The position numbers and the translations under genes were made by a program. A model generated the notes under the pieces. It worked only from the letters and a program-made list of their open reading frames with translations. It was not told the DNA's origin and made no database searches. Below are positions 13,301 to 24,747 of a stretch of 64,000 nt of DNA, in pieces. Positions within the stretch are counted from its first letter, which is position 1; each line of letters begins with the position of its first letter. Origin of the DNA: Eukaryota sp. GEM-RC1 (Eukaryota); contig JAUFOQ010000016.1 of assembly GCA_040285855.1 (NCBI GenBank), positions 1,116,001 through 1,180,000 on the forward strand, read 5' to 3'.

Positions 13301-14427
13301 TCACTGAATGTCGTATCCGTCACGTTAAAGGAAAGGTTCAGCCTGGTATGGCAGTGGGAGCTCTCGGAGCTCAGTCAATTGGTGAACCTGCAACCCAAAT
13401 GACCTTAAAAACCTTTCATTTTGCTGGTGTTGCTTCAATGAATATTACTCTTGGTGTTCCTCGAATTAAGGAAATTATTAATGCAGCAAATAACATTTCT
13501 ACTCCACTTGTGACTGCTACTTTAGTTAATCCACACTCAGAAGCTTCTGCTAGGATTGTTAAGGGAATGGTAGAGAGTACGAAGTTGAAGGACGTGGCCC
13601 TTTCCATTTCTGAAGTAATCAAAAGTGATTCCATGTATGTGTCGGTTTTGATTGATGTTGATGTTATATCACAGTTGCAATTGCCGATTTCGTCACATTC
13701 CATTAGAGAGTCTATCATTAATCACCCCAAGCTCAAAATTCCTCCGGATCACGTCATTGCAGCTTCTGCTTCTGAAGTTAGAGTTTTACCATCAGGGCGA
13801 GTTTTAAAATCAAAAGCTAGGAGTGAAACCAATGTCATCTTTGTTTTACAATTCCTAATGAACACCTTACCAAATGTTATTGTTTCTGGTTTTCCAAAGG
13901 TTAAACGAGCAGTCATTAATGACACTGGCAATGGTCTCAATCTCTTAATTGAAGGAGAGAATTGTCTTGCTGATATCCTCACTGTTCCTGGAGTTAAGGG
14001 TGCTAAAACTACTGCGAATCACGTTCCTGAAGTTGCAAAGGTTTTAGGAATAGAAGCAGCAAGGACAACCATCATTAATGAAATGACTTCACTGTTAGAA
14101 GCTCATGGAATGAAGGTTGATGCTCGTCATATCATGTTGTTGGCTGACCTGATGACGTTTAAAGGCAAACTGTTAGGTATAACCAGATTCGGATTGACTG
14201 GGATGAAAAGTTCTCCCTTAATGCTTGCTTCTTTTGAGAAAACCACCGATCATTTGTTTGATGCTGCTTACTTTGGGTCTTCAGATAGCGTCAGTGGTGT
14301 GTCTGAACGTATTATTTTTGGAGGACAGTTGACCCTTGGCACGGGGACTTTTCAGTTGATGCAGGATTTGTCAAGTATTCGACCTAAGAATGTTTATAAG
14401 CCTCCCCCGTTGTTGTTATATGGATGA
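10302..14427 (+). CDS. RPC1: RNA polymerase III largest subunit, with a 34-nt intron at 10346-10379 and compensating frameshifts near 11900-12000
   Basis: YNADFDGDEMN catalytic loop, GRFRGNLSGKRVDF, FRFNECVCTPY, TQMTLKTFHFAGVASMNITLG, FEKTTDHLF, and no CTD. Splicing gives MGLEIVLSDAIPKQITQLQFG. Confidence 0.95.
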
Positions 14428-14995
14428 TTGTCTTTTGTGTTTGTCCAGTTTAGTATTTTAATATTTTATTTTCTTGTAGTTTTGTTATTGTTTTTTGTGC
14501 AGGTTGCTTATTCGATCTATTATACATTTTCTTTTGATGATTTATTCTATCAATACCACTCTAACATGTCTTTGATTTAAAAGAGAGTTCTGTTGTAGCA
14601 TTAATTAATCAAATCCCCAAAATACAGTACTATCAAACGATCATCAAGAGAACTATTTATGAGACTTCAGTGTGATTTATGGTCATACAATTTGTCAAAT
14701 GATCTCGAAACCAATTAACATTTTCTCTTTTGTTAAGTTGCAACCCTATATCAACATCGCAAACGGTTGAAACAAAAAGAATTGTACCTGTTAGCAATCA
14801 ATTGGTTAAACAAATGACAGTACTTTGTAGTTTTAATGATACCTAAGTTTGTAGAAAGATGTGGTCGTTGTTTTAACATGAGGTTAGGGTAATGTATGTG
14901 ACTTACAAATAGCTGATGAATGAAAATGAAACGTTTCGAAGATTTCCTCATAGAAAGTAGGACCCTTGGGACCATGACTATAATGACGTCATTAG

Positions 14996-15676
14996 CAGGG
15001 GTACTCAAAATTGAATTGGCAATTAATTGGCTCTCAAATTATGGGAACAATTAATATTGCAATTAGTGCAATTAATTGGCAATTAATTGACCAATTAATC
15101 AGTTATTGTTGATGAAAACAAAATCGTAAATTATAATACTAAATTCTAAATACAATCGTATTCCGCATACGAAATTGCTTCGCCAATCTTCGTTAAAACT
15201 TCCCTTCTTTTATTATCCTTAAGAGGATGTCTGCTGACAGAAGTCGATCGCTTTCCGTCTCTCTCACCATTATCAACATTGACAGCATTGCTGTGCAGAG
15301 CCATTGTTCGACACTTTAACTATTGAAAAGTTTTCAGTTATGTTGGTGGAGTCTTGTTATTGCTATATAAATTTGTTAATTGAAATACATAAATCAAAAA
15401 AGACTCCACTTCTTCTGAATCGGCTTATGTAGACACACTTTATGAGATTTCGAAAAAAAGTATTTGTTCACACACATTTCTTAAAGCTAGATTGATGACT
15501 TTTGGCATTTCAATAATTGTTCTGCACCATATTCATAACAAACTGATTAGACCAATAACTGGTTAATTGGTCAATTAATTGCCAATTAATTGGTGGGGTA
15601 TGACGATCGACCAATTAATATTGCAATTAATTGATTGGCAATAACTGAATTGGCAATTCAATTTTGAGTACTCCTG
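14996..15676. mobile_element. Non-autonomous hAT-type element (MITE)
   Basis: TIRs CAGGGGTACTCAAAATTGAATTG / CAATTCAATTTTGAGTACTCCTG, perfect 8-bp TSD GTCATTAG, and subterminal CAATTAATTG repeats. Confidence 0.9.
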
Positions 15677-16054
15677 GTCATTAGCAACAGATACCAGAGG
15701 TTCAAAATCCACTTGTAAATTACCAGTCTCAATCTTTGTGTTTTTTTTGTTTTTTGCAAATAGAAAAATAAATCTGAGCAAGATGTTGGGATCTCTCAAT
15801 TTGTCGAAATCGTTTAATTTTCTCTCTGATCAGATTGAAGCCCAAATTGACTATATCAACTGACACCAAGTTGAGACAAATTAGTACGCCAGTCTTTCAA
15901 CCAATTCTATGCAAGACATAACGCGAGATTAACGGTCAAAAACATTGTCTTTGACGACGTTACACGTACATTGTAAGATCACAGAATGAACTGAACAAAT
16001 CATGAACATGATGACTAAATCTTTTCCCCAAAACTCAATTTCTCAAACACTTCC

Positions 16055-16510
16055 ATGATACGAGCAGTACTCATTATCAACAATAATGGCATCATCCGAC
16101 TAGCCAAATTCTATGAACGTCTTACTGATTCCCAACAGCAAGATGCTGCAAAATCTATCTTCAAGATTTTGTCTGCACGTACCTCAGATTCGTGTAACTT
16201 TGTGGAGGAACTTGACTTCTGGGGCTCTAATGTGAGGCTTGTCTATCGTCATTATGCTACTCTCTACTTTGCTGTGATAATAGATGAAGCCGAAAACGAA
16301 CTAGCTGTTCTAGACCTCATTCAAATCTTTGTTGAAAGTCTAGACAAGCTATTTGAAAGCATTTGTGAACTCGATATCATATTCAACTCCGAGAAGGTGT
16401 ATTTCCTGCTGGACGAAATCATTGTTGGAGGACTTGTGGTAGAGACCTCCCTCAAAGGCATCACTGCTGCTGCTGTCTCAGCCAATCGGCTAGCATCAAA
16501 ATCGAAATAG
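16055..16510 (+). CDS. AP3S: AP-3 adaptor complex sigma subunit
   Basis: MIRAVLIINNNG..RLAKFY, CNF, LVYRHYATLYF, ELAVLDLIQIFVESLD..F..ICELDIIF. Confidence 0.85.
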   Translation: MIRAVLIINNNGIIRLAKFYERLTDSQQQDAAKSIFKILSARTSDSCNFVEELDFWGSNVRLVYRHYATLYFAVIIDEAENELAVLDLIQIFVESLDKLFESICELDIIFNSEKVYFLLDEIIVGGLVVETSLKGITAAAVSANRLASKSK

Positions 16511-16536
16511 TACCTGTATATAGTAATTTATTCTCC

Positions 16537-17754
16537 TTAATCGTTCAACTTTGTATATTTAGTGGTTTTCCTGCATAAAACTCCTTTACATGCCACTTTA
16601 GAGGTTACATAGTAAAGTAGTGACAATGCAGCTGTTGTTAGACCCATTGTCAGAATCACTATCTGCAATACCGTCAGTTCAGATACTCCTTGAACCAATC
16701 CACGCAATTCTCCCCTCAAATTAGTTACCATCAACTCCTTCACTTGCTCTACAGGAAGATCCTTTCCTAATAGCCAAGAAAGCTTCGTATAAGCAGCCTC
16801 TGGTGTCATATCAATAGCTCCAATACAACCAACCTCAGCCATTGAGTTACCAGTAGCGTAGTGTTCCAAGTCAACTAGTCCTTTGAAACATTGAGATGCA
16901 TCAATTAAGATGATCCCCCTATCATTGGCATTCTTCAATGCCTGCATAAATTCTTTATTTTCATCTGGACCATTCCCCATTCCATAAGCTAATATAACAA
17001 CACCCTTGATTGAAGACGATAAAAGCTGATCAACAAAGGTAGCAGAAATACCAGGATAGACCATCATGATAACAACGTCATCAGACATCTTGTTCTGAAC
17101 CTTTAGGGGACCTTCTCTTCTTGGAAGTGTTGTAGTAGAGTCTAATCGGAGTTCTCCACCCCAGAAGCCAATGTGATTGTAACCCCCTGATTGGAAAGCT
17201 CCAAAACTAAAAGCATTTTCCTTTTGTACACGATTTCCGCGTAGTAAAGAGTTTTCAAAGAAGACAAGAACTTCGGGAAGATCGACGGTTCCTGCGGCAA
17301 CAATTGATCCTAGAAGATTCAAAGCAGCGTCAGAGACTGCTTCACAAAGAGGAACTTGTGATCCAGTGACAATGACGGGTTTTTGGAGATTTTCGAGAAG
17401 GAAAGAAAGTGCAGATGCGGTAAATGCAAGGGTATCGGTGCCATGAATAACAACAAAACCAGTATACCGATGATAGTGTGTTTCTATATCACGAGCAATC
17501 CGAATCCAATGAGAAGAATTCATATTAGAAGAATCAAGAAGAGGATCGTATTCTAAGATATCGTAAAGTGGCAGAGAAGCGTTTTGAAATTGAGGTGAAG
17601 CAGCCATAAGCTCATTGAGATAACCAGGCGAAGGTTCATAGTGACCATCCACTTTTTTCATTCCGATTGTTCCACCAGTGTAGATGAGAAGTACATGAGA
17701 TCCCCAGCATAAAGAGATGGTTAATTGAAGTAACAATAAACAGTGAGGTGACAT
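16537..17754 (-). CDS. Type I-like L-asparaginase with predicted signal peptide and C-terminal TM anchor
   Basis: YTGGTIGM, HGTDT, TGSQVP, DMTPEAAYTKL..LL, NLRGE, with a hydrophobic N-terminus and a C-terminal TM. Confidence 0.9.
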   Translation of the reverse strand: MSPHCLLLLQLTISLCWGSHVLLIYTGGTIGMKKVDGHYEPSPGYLNELMAASPQFQNASLPLYDILEYDPLLDSSNMNSSHWIRIARDIETHYHRYTGFVVIHGTDTLAFTASALSFLLENLQKPVIVTGSQVPLCEAVSDAALNLLGSIVAAGTVDLPEVLVFFENSLLRGNRVQKENAFSFGAFQSGGYNHIGFWGGELRLDSTTTLPRREGPLKVQNKMSDDVVIMMVYPGISATFVDQLLSSSIKGVVILAYGMGNGPDENKEFMQALKNANDRGIILIDASQCFKGLVDLEHYATGNSMAEVGCIGAIDMTPEAAYTKLSWLLGKDLPVEQVKELMVTNLRGELRGLVQGVSELTVLQIVILTMGLTTAALSLLYYVTSKVACKGVLCRKTTKYTKLND

Positions 17755-17829
17755 CTTCAAAAAACCTGTCACGATTTTTTTGGATCTGAAACAGTTCTGT
17801 CTCGTTGAAACTGGTAGATCTTCAACTCC

Positions 17830-18966
17830 ATGTTCTTCTTCTGGCTATTCATCCTTGTCAGCTCTATCAAATGTCTTCATATATCGGATGATGCCCTTCC
17901 CCATCCCTATCATCTCAATCCCAATTCTATAAAGATTATTACAGTCGTTATAGATGCTTCTCCGCCCTATAATACTTTTCTTCAAGTTCAATGCGACTCA
18001 CCTATCACTCTTAAAACATCCCTAGGGATGGCTCCAACTGTAGAACGCTACACTGAATCATTCACTGGTTCGTCCCTACTAATCGGTTTCGATGCTTGTC
18101 TCTATGAGTCTGGATTCCCTCACTTAGGAGGACTTTTCCTTAGTCTAGAAAGTGAAGCAGAAGCTGATTGCAAACTTACCCTGTCCTCAGTACATGCAGC
18201 GGTAGACCTATCCTCTGCTAAACCCATTTCCTTTTTCCCTTCTCCCAACCTTGTTTCATACTTTTCACTCCAAGCTTCTAATATCCAATCCCTCTCAATA
18301 CAAGGATCCAATGTCTCTTCTCTCCTGCTAGGTGCTCACTGTCCTCTTCGTCCTTGGACCACCCTTTTCTCTTGTGAAACTGACGAACTTGGATGTAGGA
18401 TTAGTCTGACCAAGCTACTTTTAGAAGGTACTCCTGATAAACTATGGCTTGCTGTCACGTCATCTCTTGCCTTTGGAGATCATCCTCCCAATGTTACTCT
18501 TATTATTGAAGCTTCTACGTACAGTGATTCGTCTTTCCCATGTGTTCTTGTTGATTTAGTACGTTTTGCTATATGGGCGATCATTGTTATTTCAATGTGT
18601 TGTGGAAGCGAGAAAGTTGAAGCTTATTGTTCCGTTGCAATGCCGTTTGTTCTGTTTGGTTTGGTGGTTTCTGGAGATTTCCTATCAGTGGTAATTCTGT
18701 TGTTTTTTGTGTTTTGTAAACTTATTGCGGTGTTTACAAGTTCAATTGAAACAGAAATTCAAATGGAGGAATGGTGTGTCGTGATTCTAATGATTTCGAT
18801 CGCTGCGTCAGTTTTAAATATTCTGCTAAATTTTGTTATTGGTCCAGGGGGACTACTGTCGGTGTTTCCTTTGTTAGGGTTTGTTTGTTATGAGAACACG
18901 TGGCTGCACGTCACCGTTTTGGTCTATGAGATTGTGTTTTTGATTGCGATTAAAGAGGATGACTGA
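17830..18966 (+). CDS. Uncharacterised membrane protein (signal peptide, luminal domain, several C-terminal TM helices)
   Basis: Intact 378-aa ORF with a clear hydropathy pattern. No family was recognised. Confidence 0.65.
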   Translation: MFFFWLFILVSSIKCLHISDDALPHPYHLNPNSIKIITVVIDASPPYNTFLQVQCDSPITLKTSLGMAPTVERYTESFTGSSLLIGFDACLYESGFPHLGGLFLSLESEAEADCKLTLSSVHAAVDLSSAKPISFFPSPNLVSYFSLQASNIQSLSIQGSNVSSLLLGAHCPLRPWTTLFSCETDELGCRISLTKLLLEGTPDKLWLAVTSSLAFGDHPPNVTLIIEASTYSDSSFPCVLVDLVRFAIWAIIVISMCCGSEKVEAYCSVAMPFVLFGLVVSGDFLSVVILLFFVFCKLIAVFTSSIETEIQMEEWCVVILMISIAASVLNILLNFVIGPGGLLSVFPLLGFVCYENTWLHVTVLVYEIVFLIAIKEDD

Positions 18967-18998
18967 TGAAACATTAATTTATTCAAATTTGATTATTG

Positions 18999-20097
18999 TC
19001 AAAATATTAATTTTTGTTCTGCCGGATTGATAGGTTCTCTTTTAATCATGAGCTTCTGTTTATGTTCAATGGATTTGCCAGTCTCAGGCCAGTAGTAACA
19101 GAGTTCTACTAGATAAGAAAGCTTGAATCTAGGCTTTTTTCTAGATGACGGACATGCCTTTGGGATGTGTATAAAAGTTGAAATTGATTTTTTGAATTTT
19201 GTTGAAATATTTTGAGTTGATATAACTGAATCAAGTTGATCCTCGTGATTTAAAGATTCGACTGTCATAATTAACGAGATTGAAATTTCAGATGGTAAAC
19301 AGTCGTAAAGACTTTGAAAACTAATAAAGATTGGTACCGACCAACCAGAATAACTAAATGACGGCATGGAAATAGTTGAATCATGTTGATTCTCAACAGC
19401 AAATTTTGAATTTTTAAATGATAAAGGAGTAGTTAATCGCTCATAATCAAGACGTTCCAACGACAACTCTTTGAAGTATCCTTGATTAATCACAGAGATT
19501 GACAATCCTTCATGTCTATTCCAGGAGCAGAAGTGCTTGTTCAATTCGGGGTTAGAAGAAGAGGCGATTGCAAAGTTGTATTCCAAAAGTACGACATTTG
19601 GATCCAAAAGTAGTACAAACACTGATGAACAAAGAAGCGAAGATCTTGATGGGAATGAAGTCATTTGGGGAATTACTCTCATAAACTGTGGTAGGTTCAG
19701 CAAAGAAAGGTATTTGTGCAGAGAGAATGAAATAGACAGAATGAGTTAGTTCTTTAGCTACAATAAAAGGAGTGGTTGACCAGAGAATTAGGTCACTATT
19801 AGTTGAGAAGTCAGGGAAGTGATGGCCTTGGTCAAAACTAGTGTGCAGGGATGAGTTTAGTGTGGAGAGCTCGTCTATTCTTCTAGAATGAATATTGACT
19901 GGAAGTTCAGGACTAGGATGTCGTAGAATGGGTGATGACGACCTGTTTCGCTGAGTAACTATCTTGGAGTTGACTTGAGCAAGAACAACACAAGGATGAG
20001 AGACTTTGAGGTCAATGGACACAAGAAAGTTGGCAATGTCTCCTGGAGAGAATTCATGTTGGAGTGCTCTAACTGAAATACAGGAACCAGAGTGCAT
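18999..20097 (-). CDS. Rgp1-like (arrestin-fold) protein, frameshift near 19690
   Basis: Two overlapping ORFs with FSPGD, LILWSTTP, and C-terminal IHIPKACPS..FKLSYLVEL. Confidence 0.5.
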
Positions 20098-20247
20098 GCA
20101 TTTGGACAAAGAAAAGGATTTTTGATGGATCCGTTTTGCCTATATACCGTTGGTTATTCGTCAACAACTGCGAGTATGAGCCCACTTAGCTAACACAACT
20201 GTTTGTCCGTGAGAACACATCGAATCACATACATAATACAAAAAAAT

Positions 20248-20329
20248 CGCAACCAGTGAGATTTGAACTCACGCGGGAAGATCCCACTTGTTTTCTAGAC
20301 AAGCGCCATAACCACTCGGCCATAGTTGC
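20248..20329 (-). tRNA. tRNA-Ser(AGA)
   Basis: GCAACTA acceptor stem, CTTGT-CTAGAAA-ACAAG anticodon arm, long variable arm, GTTCAAATC T-loop, followed by a T-run Pol III terminator. Confidence 0.95.
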
Positions 20330-20449
20330 TGATGACATTGTTAGGGTAGTAACATCACATAGTTTGATCGAAACGCACTTCGTTGTGACATTAAACCATA
20401 CTAATGTTATAAACCAAATTCTTCCTCAAACGCCGCAAAGTAGTAGCCT

Positions 20450-21374
20450 GTCATTGGAACTGTGAAATATTTTGTCACTTAATTTGGTTCTTGTTTGGGA
20501 AATTTTAAATATATCTGAAAAGACATAATATCATTAGTTTTGGGCAATTTATACCTTGTGAGTATGATCAATTGGAGGTTGTTCATCTTCGAAAAGTTTG
20601 CTATTATATTATATTAGTGGAAAAAATTGACTTTCATTAGAGATGTTATTCTTCTTAGTTTAGCTGTGGAAAACAATTAACGTTGTCTCATCTGTTAAGT
20701 TGTAATCGCTACATAACTTATCGAACGTGTATGCATGATTCTGAAAGAGATCATATACATGCTATGTGTAAGTCTTACAAAATTGAGTCATTTGTTGAAC
20801 CACTTCTAAGATCTTTAGAACCAAGTAATAATAGTAATGTCGAAAAACAAACCCAATTTTTTTTGTAAACGGAGAGCAGATGTTGTTGTCCCTTCTTCTT
20901 CAGACAAATTGTTTGTTGTTGATGTAGAGTCAGTGGATGTTTGTAAAAAGACATCTTTAAAGAACGCTTCGTCTGAAACTTCTCCTTTAGACATTTCTGA
21001 ACAGGCCAAACAGGATAAGGACAAGAAACCATTGATGGCTTTAAAACATGTAAAACATGTTGAGTACGAATTATGTTTGCTGTTTCAATTTACGGACGTT
21101 TAGGAAAAAGTGCACTGAATTTTTTAAACGACTTCGATAAAATCGTAAAAAATAGGATGAACAAACGTTTTGATCATATGTTATGGTTGAATCGGATCGT
21201 TTTTACTGTTTTTATAACAGTTCCCCAATCATCTCCAAAGCTTTATTAGCAGTGAGTTCCTTTTATGAGGACACAGCTGTTGTAAGGTTTGATAGCGATG
21301 GGTGTTGTTTAATGATATCAAATTTTAGTTGTTTTGATCTATTACATTTATAATAAAACTATTACAAAAAAAAA
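20450..21374 (+). mobile_element. 5'-truncated, decayed non-LTR retrotransposon (CRE-like, restriction-like endonuclease C-terminus)
   Basis: CGKQLTLSHLLSC zinc motif, HD..RD.IH, EP, RRADVVV, VVDV, FAVSIYGRLGKSALNFL, then AATAAA and an A-run at 21367-21374. Confidence 0.75.
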
Positions 21375-22529
21375 TCTTTATCACGTAAAAAACGATAAAT
21401 CTTGTCTAACAAATTGATTATAGATGAAAGGGACAAAAGAAAATATCAAAATTAATGCTATAAAACACAAGACACAGAAAATTCCTGGTCGACAGAACCA
21501 CAGTTCGTAAACAACTTCGTGTTAATTGATTGAAAATAGTTGGGCATCAAGAGCCATTTCACCAGTACTACCAGAAACAGAAATAGCAAATGGAACAAAT
21601 ATATATTTTGATTGGGTAGCAACATCACTGAAATACGAATCAATTTTCCGTTTTTGAGCTGTTTCTCAGTGGATAAAAACTTTTTAAGATTTTTTGTTGA
21701 ACATACTAGTATGTTATAAACATAAATTTGAGCACATGAATCCAATGTTGTGATATCAACGTTATTTTGACTGGAATTAATAAATGGCCCATGTAAGTCA
21801 CCTCGACAAGAATTAATAATTTCATCAAGACCGAGCTAACTAAAGAAGATTTCAACTTTGGCATGAATCCGAGAGCTTTAACCATTTCAAAAATAACATC
21901 TCTGACTCATCACAAGAACAGAACGAAATCGTAATGAATGTCTAGCCATTAATTTCGTGTCTAAACGTTGCATTGTGACGATGGCTACACATACATTCAG
22001 AATTGTCGGGTAATTCAGCAGGAACCGAACCCAAACTTATACGTTGTTATTAAATTGTCATGCTTCATCAGACAAATGCAAACCAAAAGGGCGTGGTTGT
22101 TGAGTGATCAAACAAGTTGAATTGTGAATGCCATTTGAGTAAGCAGCAAAACCCGGAATGATCAAAAAACCATATCTGGATTTTAATGCAAATAGAATAG
22201 AATAAATGTAATGCTTTGTTATTGTTTACTATATTGTATGCTACATTTGGAATTGAGAGCTCGAATAATAACTATATTGTTGCAACAGCAATGGAAACCA
22301 CACAGAACAAAACCATAAAACTTTATATTTGAACTGAACTCACGTTCATGTAGTGAATTCTACCAATTAAAAACAAAATACAAAGTTTTATCAAAAACCA
22401 ATAAAATTAGAAAAACAAGTAACAATCAACAGTCCAAACTACAAGGTCAAAAATACAAATAAACAACAAATAGCTCATAATCAAGCACGTCACAGGTCAA
22501 AAATTGAAGAATACAACTAACTAACATAT

Positions 22530-23521
22530 CTACACAAACTGCTCAATAAGATTACTCAAAAACACCGTAGAAGTACTACTGGCACTGCCCATTGAGTCTA
22601 AAGTACTCACCCCTTCCTTATCTCTATAAACATTAGGACCAATACAAATAGCCAATGCATGAACACTCATCTTTGTAACTTCTTGATTCCTTGCCACTTC
22701 AGCAAGACACTTTCCCAAGGCTAAACACACAGGGTGATCTGGGATTAGTGTCAAATCATCAGGAAGCTCCCTAAAGAACTGCTTGATTACAGTAGCAACC
22801 GTGTGAGGATGAAGAAGACAAGGTGGAGGGTCTATTGTTGGGTCGTCGGAATTCTGAAGAAAAGCACGTGCTGTTTTGACCATATCTGAAGCAGGAGCAG
22901 TTCTAAACACTGAGACAGCTGAGTACCCCCTGCTAACTCAAATAGTGACAGAAGTTGCTCAAAACAAAGTGGGACACCTGATGAAGAAGTTGGTAGAAAC
23001 TCTAGCCATGAACCGAATATGGAACGCTGACAGGAAACGAACACGGGAACAAACACAGGAGAGCAGTTGGGAGATTTGATGAAAAGAAGTGCAGGTATGG
23101 TAGTCGAAGGACGATAAGACTTAGCTGTAACAGTTATTGTACAAGGAAGATTCTTTCTTGTTGTTCCGGCTGAAGGACTTACAGTTAGTGAAAGGTCATG
23201 ATGAGGGGAAAGAGTCTTGATTTGTAAGTCACTTCTACTCCATGATGATCCAGTAATGGTCAAGGTGGCAACTCCTAATTGACGAATTTGCATGCGAATA
23301 ATTGTAGGACTTACAATTAAAGAAGCAGGGGAAAAGCGTAGAACTTTGTGAAACAAAGATACTTTCGCTGGAGATTGTATTGTAGAAAACTGAGCTTGAG
23401 ACAATAATGCAAGGATATGAGTCGGATCTTTGGCAAGGAGCCACTCACCTACTTCAGTAGAGAGAGGCAGTGAGCTGGAAACAGCAGAAGTGATGCTATG
23501 GACGAAAGTATCATCATCCAT
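22530..23521 (-). CDS. RhoGAP-domain protein (frameshift near 22915)
   Basis: IFG..L, GVP, FR, HPHTVATVIKQFFRELP, TKMSVHALAICIGPN. Confidence 0.85.
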
Positions 23522-23856
23522 TTACACACGAATATTAGGCTATGAAAAAAAATCATTCACTTTCATTTTTCTCACCAGCCACATCTTTCACCAACCCAAA
23601 TTTCCTTGGTTATCCATCAATGGGACTTACTTTTGAGATGCTATTACAAGGAGTTGACTTAAAACAACTCAGTCGACGTCCATCTGAAGATACGAAGACC
23701 AGGGCCGTCTACACTCACCTCATCTTAGGTGAAAGCCAAGATGCAGTTGCGAGATGTATAAAGGTCTGATCCGCATTTTAGACCTTCACATTTTAGACCT
23801 AACATCTTCCCTCATCTCCCTCGCCTTCTCTTCCGTTCTTGAAGACTTCTTTTACA

Positions 23857-24174
23857 TCACAATGTGTTTGACTTGGGATCTTCTTCTTTCACACGAAGAT
23901 TTTCGATCTCTTCCCCTAAAACCCTCAGGAGATCGTCAGTGATAGAGTTTATCACCTCTTCGTCAGAAGCAGAAGAGGGAAACCGTAGGATTCCTTTGAC
24001 CTCTGATATTGTCAGAATCTCGCCACTGAAAATTCTTACCGCAATTGAATGCAACAGAACACTCTGTCCATCACATTTATTGATGAGCGAATCTCTGGCT
24101 TCAGCGATAGACCGAAAGCGAGTATCCTTTGATGTAACTCTGATATCACCGTATTTTGAAGATAGAAAGGACAT
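23857..24174 (-). CDS. Hypothetical protein (possibly frameshifted or decayed)
   Basis: ATG-initiated 105-aa ORF with host-like composition and no recognisable motif. Confidence 0.35.
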   Translation of the reverse strand: MSFLSSKYGDIRVTSKDTRFRSIAEARDSLINKCDGQSVLLHSIAVRIFSGEILTISEVKGILRFPSSASDEEVINSITDDLLRVLGEEIENLRVKEEDPKSNTL

Positions 24175-24373
24175 GATGGTTTGAAATTAGATGTTGAAAA
24201 TTGTAGTAAAACTTCAAACTACCCTGTACTGACCTCCACTTTTGAACGAGACTTGAGGAACTGCGCCAGGGTGTAGTGGAAGGTTATTTTCAGTCACTGT
24301 TGTCAACAGTAAACCAGTATATGTAATATCTTAATTTATAGTAAATGGACATTCATCACAGGGTTAATAGTGG

Positions 24374-24747
24374 ACATTTGTAACAACAACATTTGTAACT
24401 ACAACATTTGGTGATACAACATTTGTAACTACAACATTTGTAATGACAACATTTGGTGATACAACATTTGTAACTACAACATTTGTAATGACAACATTTG
24501 TAACTACAACATTTGTAATGACAACATTTGGTGATACAACATTTGGTGATACAACATTTGGTGATACAACATTTGTAACTACAACATTTGTAATGACAAC
24601 ATTTGGTGGTACAACATTTGTAACTACAACATTTGTAATGACAACATTTGTAACTACAACATTTGTAATGACAACATTTGTAACTACAACATTTGTAACT
24701 ACAACATTTGTAATGACAACATTTGGTGATACAACATTTGTAATGAC
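24374..24747 (+). repeat. 15-bp minisatellite, ~25 units ACAACATTTG(TAACT/TAATG/GTGAT), read as TTFV[TM]/TTFGD upstream of 2A
   Basis: Directly visible array with three recurring unit variants. Confidence 0.95.

Noticed and set aside
534..18966. Alternative nuclear genetic code
   Set aside because: Host genes end in TAA, TAG and TGA at expected positions, and long ORFs use TGG for Trp.
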